NCBI GenBank assembly: GCA_030141605.1
Contig: JAQGDQ010000807.1
Location: 1 to 64,000, forward strand
Source of the DNA: Tubiluchus corallicola
Taxonomy: Eukaryota > Animalia > Priapulida
Direction of reading: 5' to 3'
DNA length: 64,000 nt
In this document: one piece after another, positions 60,504-64,000 of the stretch
Position numbering within the stretch: the first letter of the stretch is position 1
How the letters are laid out: each line of letters starts with the position of its first letter
Program-made: the position numbers and the translations under genes
The notes under the pieces: model-generated
The model's input: the letters and a program-made list of their open reading frames with translations, nothing else
Database searches by the model: none
What the model was told of the DNA's origin: nothing

Positions 60504-61684
60504 TGTGATGATCGGTTATACCATCCATCATTGTCGCAACACCTATTTTGATATATCTTTCATATGTTGTTGTGTGTGCATAAATAATGATCTAATTACT
60601 TTATTGATTTATTGCACTGTTTATTTAAATTTATATTACATTGTGTGTTTTTTGTAAGATTTTGACACCAGATGGCTCTGGCCGCTTATTTCTCTGCTTA
60701 CCTGTAATTAGGTTACCTGAAAATTCGAATACCAAATGGCTTCAACCTGTTTTGGGATCTTACTACAGAGTTTGTGTTTTACACAAGTTATGTTCTGACT
60801 GTCGAAGTTACAGGGTGGTGGAGTTTTGCTTGTTAGTCCACATCCTGTGGTTATTTTATATGGTTGAACACCAAGTTTGGTGTGAACCTGTCTTTAATGG
60901 TACTCGTATGCAGTGAGATGATTTGTCACAAAGACAATGGTTTTGTCTACTTTAGTTTATTCGTTGTTTGCTGTGATGACACTGTCTTGACATTCCAAGA
61001 AGCAAGTGTTTGGTAACCATATTTCTACCTGCAGAATAGGACTCAAATTCTCGCTGAATAGTAGTGGGAAACCAGTAGAGGACCAGTTATACCTGGACCA
61101 ATGGTCTGCTGTTCGTCTGAACTAAAGGTTCTGTTTGTCACCCTGCAAAAAGGACGATATTTGGCTTTATTACTGGAAGGCTGAGGCAACCAGGTACGAG
61201 TTCAACCGCTGAATTGCTGGAGCAGTTTTAAAGCGTGGTCCATGCAGAGGCTGGGTTGATGACCACTGGTAAAGAACTGCTGGCGAGGACGTGGCTGACT
61301 GCTGGAGATGAAAAGCTGGTGTGGTGTGGTGGAAGACTCAAGAGCGTGGTTGATAGATCCAAAAGCCTGATGAGAGACAGAAGCGTAGCCGGCCAACGTT
61401 ACTTTTGGGGGAATTAGGTATTGTTGGAAATTGTTATCAATTTAATTTGCTATTGTTGTTTCACAGATTAAATTCTTAATCTAAATATTAGCTTTTAGTT
61501 CCGTTGTCGTTCTGATTAAATAATTTGCACGTGCACACAAGTGTTTCACCAGTGACGCGAATTCACGTAGCCTACACAAATGAATGATTATCCTGTAGAT
61601 TTAGCATATAAAAGTGACGGAAACGCTCGAGAACCCTGAACACAGTACTCTGATTTCTTAACGTCCTGACTTAATTATTACACA
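60504..61684 (+). repeat. 3' LTR (1181 bp)
   Basis: Differs from the 5' LTR by +14 bp (61161-61174), -8 bp at the terminus and one substitution seen by eye (61235 G vs 56211 A). Confidence 0.95.
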
Positions 61685-62049
61685 GAGACATAAGAACTTT
61701 TATTTCACACGTAATCAAAATATAAAGATTGTAATCAATTGACGAATAAATATTCAAATAGTGTGGGGAAAGGGAACGACTATATGGTCTTTAACTCCCT
61801 TCCTCTATATAAAGTGAAATAAATAATTTTAATCAGCATTGTAGACAATAATAAAGTTATTTTTTTCAAATACAGTATAATGGTGGTGTTTTTTTATTAT
61901 AGTTTTTTCTCAGTAACTCCTTTAATCAAATTTTATATAATATAGAAGCCTAAATTACAAACAGAAAATAAAATAATTATACTAATTTGTAAAACAGGGA
62001 ACTTGCGAATTGCCTTGAATAAAGAAGAGTAAAAAACATTTACATATGT

Positions 62050-64000
62050 TTGATCTTAAGGTATTAAAAGACAATTTTTACATGAGGAAATATTATCATG
62101 AACAATTAGAAAGTATAATATTTTTGGTGACTTTGAGATATATAGATTAATTTTGATTAATACCAGTGTATAGTAACTAGTAATCGTTTCCAGAAGTTTT
62201 AGGTGTGTGGATTTCGACAATTATAATCATTAATTAAAAAAACCATAAAAAATATCGACAAGAAACAAGGTGATCTCACGTGCATAAAACACTTAAGTGC
62301 ATAGTTGATAGATTCAGGGAGAGTACTTGTTTAATAATATTTTTTTAAAGTTTTTTATTGCTGAAGTCAAAATTGTGCACAACTTTAACTTGGTTAGTAA
62401 ATTATTCCAAAATTTTGTACCGTTATGTTGTATACTATTTAAACCATAAGATGATTCGAATCGTTTTTGAAAAAAATTTCCTTTGCTAGTAGACCTTGTG
62501 TAATAAGTGTGGACATTACAGGTATAAGTAAAAATGTTTTTAAAGAGTTTAGGCAGAAGATTATTTTTGAATTTATACATGTACATGAATTTAAACATTT
62601 CAAGGTTATAAATATCTTCCAGTTTTAATAGCTGGAGTTGGCTGTAGGAAGGAGTTGCATGTGCTCTGAAATTGGCAAATGTAATGATTTTAACAATTTT
62701 GTTCTGAATGGGTGATTAAAGGCTGCAATATAAACAGTTTGGTTTGTTTCCATGCCAACACGCAGTATTGCAGTGATGGATATACCAGTGCGTAATAGAT
62801 AGTTTTGAGTATAGAAGCGTTCACAAAGTGACGAATTTTTGCAAATATTCCAGCAGTTTTGTTGAGTTTCATTATAGTGTTAATATGCGTTTTCCATTTC
62901 ATGTTGCTGTCCATAAATAAACCTAAATATTTGACACAACTACTCTGTATTATAGACTTAACACCCATTTTAATTTTAAAGGCTGATTAATATTGTGGTG
63001 ACAATTTATTGCTAGTTAACATAAATTTCGTTTTATAGTAATTAATCGATAATTTTTTGACTCTCATCCAATTATCAACTTTGTTTAAGTCTGTATTAGT
63101 TCGGTTTTGTAGGGATATTAAATTGCTGTCGGAAAGTAAAAGTGTAGTATCATCAGCAAATAAGCGAGTATTAAAGTTAGCAGGTCTGGGAAAGTCATTT
63201 ATGTAAATTAGAAAAAGAAGCGGTCCAAGTGTGGAGCCTTGCGGCACACCACAAGTCATTTCAATAAGATCTGAGAAAGCATCTTTCATTTGGGTAATTT
63301 GGTTCTGATTATGCAAGTATGAGTACAGTAGTTCAAAAACAGGGCTACGTATACCATAATAATTTAATTTGTGCAATAAAATGTCTTGCTGAACTGTATC
63401 GAAAGCTTTTGAGAGATCTAGAAATCTGCTGCAGGTAGTTGATTTTTTGTTAAGATTTAAAAGCAGATTTTCTATAAATTCAATGGTGGCCAGTGCAGTT
63501 GAATAAGATTTTCTAAAACTGAACTGGAATTTGGTTAGAACATTATGAGATATAAAAAAATTGGTGAGACGTTTATATATTAAATTTTCAAAAAATTTTA
63601 GAAATAGGAGAAAGGATAGAGATCAGTCGATAGTTAGATGGTTTAGATGGAGAGCCTGCTTTGTAGATTGGTGTTATTTTTGCCGTTTTTGAACAGTCGG
63701 GTTAACATAGGGGCACATGATGTAAGTGGAAAATTTATAAAATTTGATGGGGATATTATCAAGACCTATTGCTTTTTTCGTCCAGTTTCGTAACAGACCG
63801 TACAACTTCATCTTCCAAAACAGGGAACAGGAAAATGGAACTGGTTAAGGGTGCATTTAAATATGACTGGTAGTTCGATAGGGGGAGGAATCTTTTTGCC
63901 CATATTGTTACCAATAGACTAAAAAAATTGGTTGAATATGTTGGCAATAGCTCGTGGATCAGTTACTGTTTGGCAATTACGTTCTAGTTTAGACAGAATA
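62050..64000 (-). mobile_element. CR1/L2-group LINE RT region, degraded, running off the window end
   Basis: FLDLSKAFDTV, KLNYYGIR, GVPQGSTLGPLLFLIYIND, LFADDT, VKYLGL, YYALVYPSLQY, GTKFWNNL; several frameshifts. Confidence 0.9.

Larger units (their letters stand above)
55494..61684 (+). mobile_element. Gmr1-like Ty3/Gypsy LTR retrotransposon, internally deleted (non-autonomous), very recent
   Basis: LTRs 55494-56668 and 60504-61684, TG...CA; TSD GAGAC (55489-55493, 61685-61689); tRNA-Leu PBS; PPT; domain order Gag-PR-IN(zinc-binding start)-RT(thumb)-RNase H. Confidence 0.95.

Overview
AT-rich, repeat-rich genomic DNA from an invertebrate animal (spliceosomal introns, LINE/LTR/MITE debris); the taxon cannot be fixed from the sequence. 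I built five spliced gene models by hand using GT-AG sites and codon-phase matching. (1) A 5-exon, ~755-aa orthologue of CBARP/BARP, the Cav-beta-associated regulatory protein (+, 5139-20149). (2) A 4-coding-exon, ~276-aa orphan with precursor-like features (-, 28588-24977). (3) Head-to-head with it, a secreted Gly/His/Tyr-rich structural protein of ~331 aa (+, 30609-35076). (4) A GPR45/GPR63-like class A GPCR with an unusual D2.50H change (-, 37760-36570). (5) eIF1A, 6 coding exons, 144 aa (-, 52547-46603). Mobile DNA includes a very young Gmr1-type (PR-IN-RT-RH order) Gypsy element with near-identical LTRs (55494-61684). It lacks the integrase core and RT catalytic domain but keeps one 977-codon ORF through compensating frameshifts. 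Also present: a solo LTR, a young 5'-truncated RTE LINE with an 18-bp TSD, several TIR elements (one nested just upstream of eIF1A), old LINE fragments, a half-tRNA-Leu and a long near-perfect inverted repeat at the window start. All homology calls come from motif recognition and by-eye comparison; no database searches were run.
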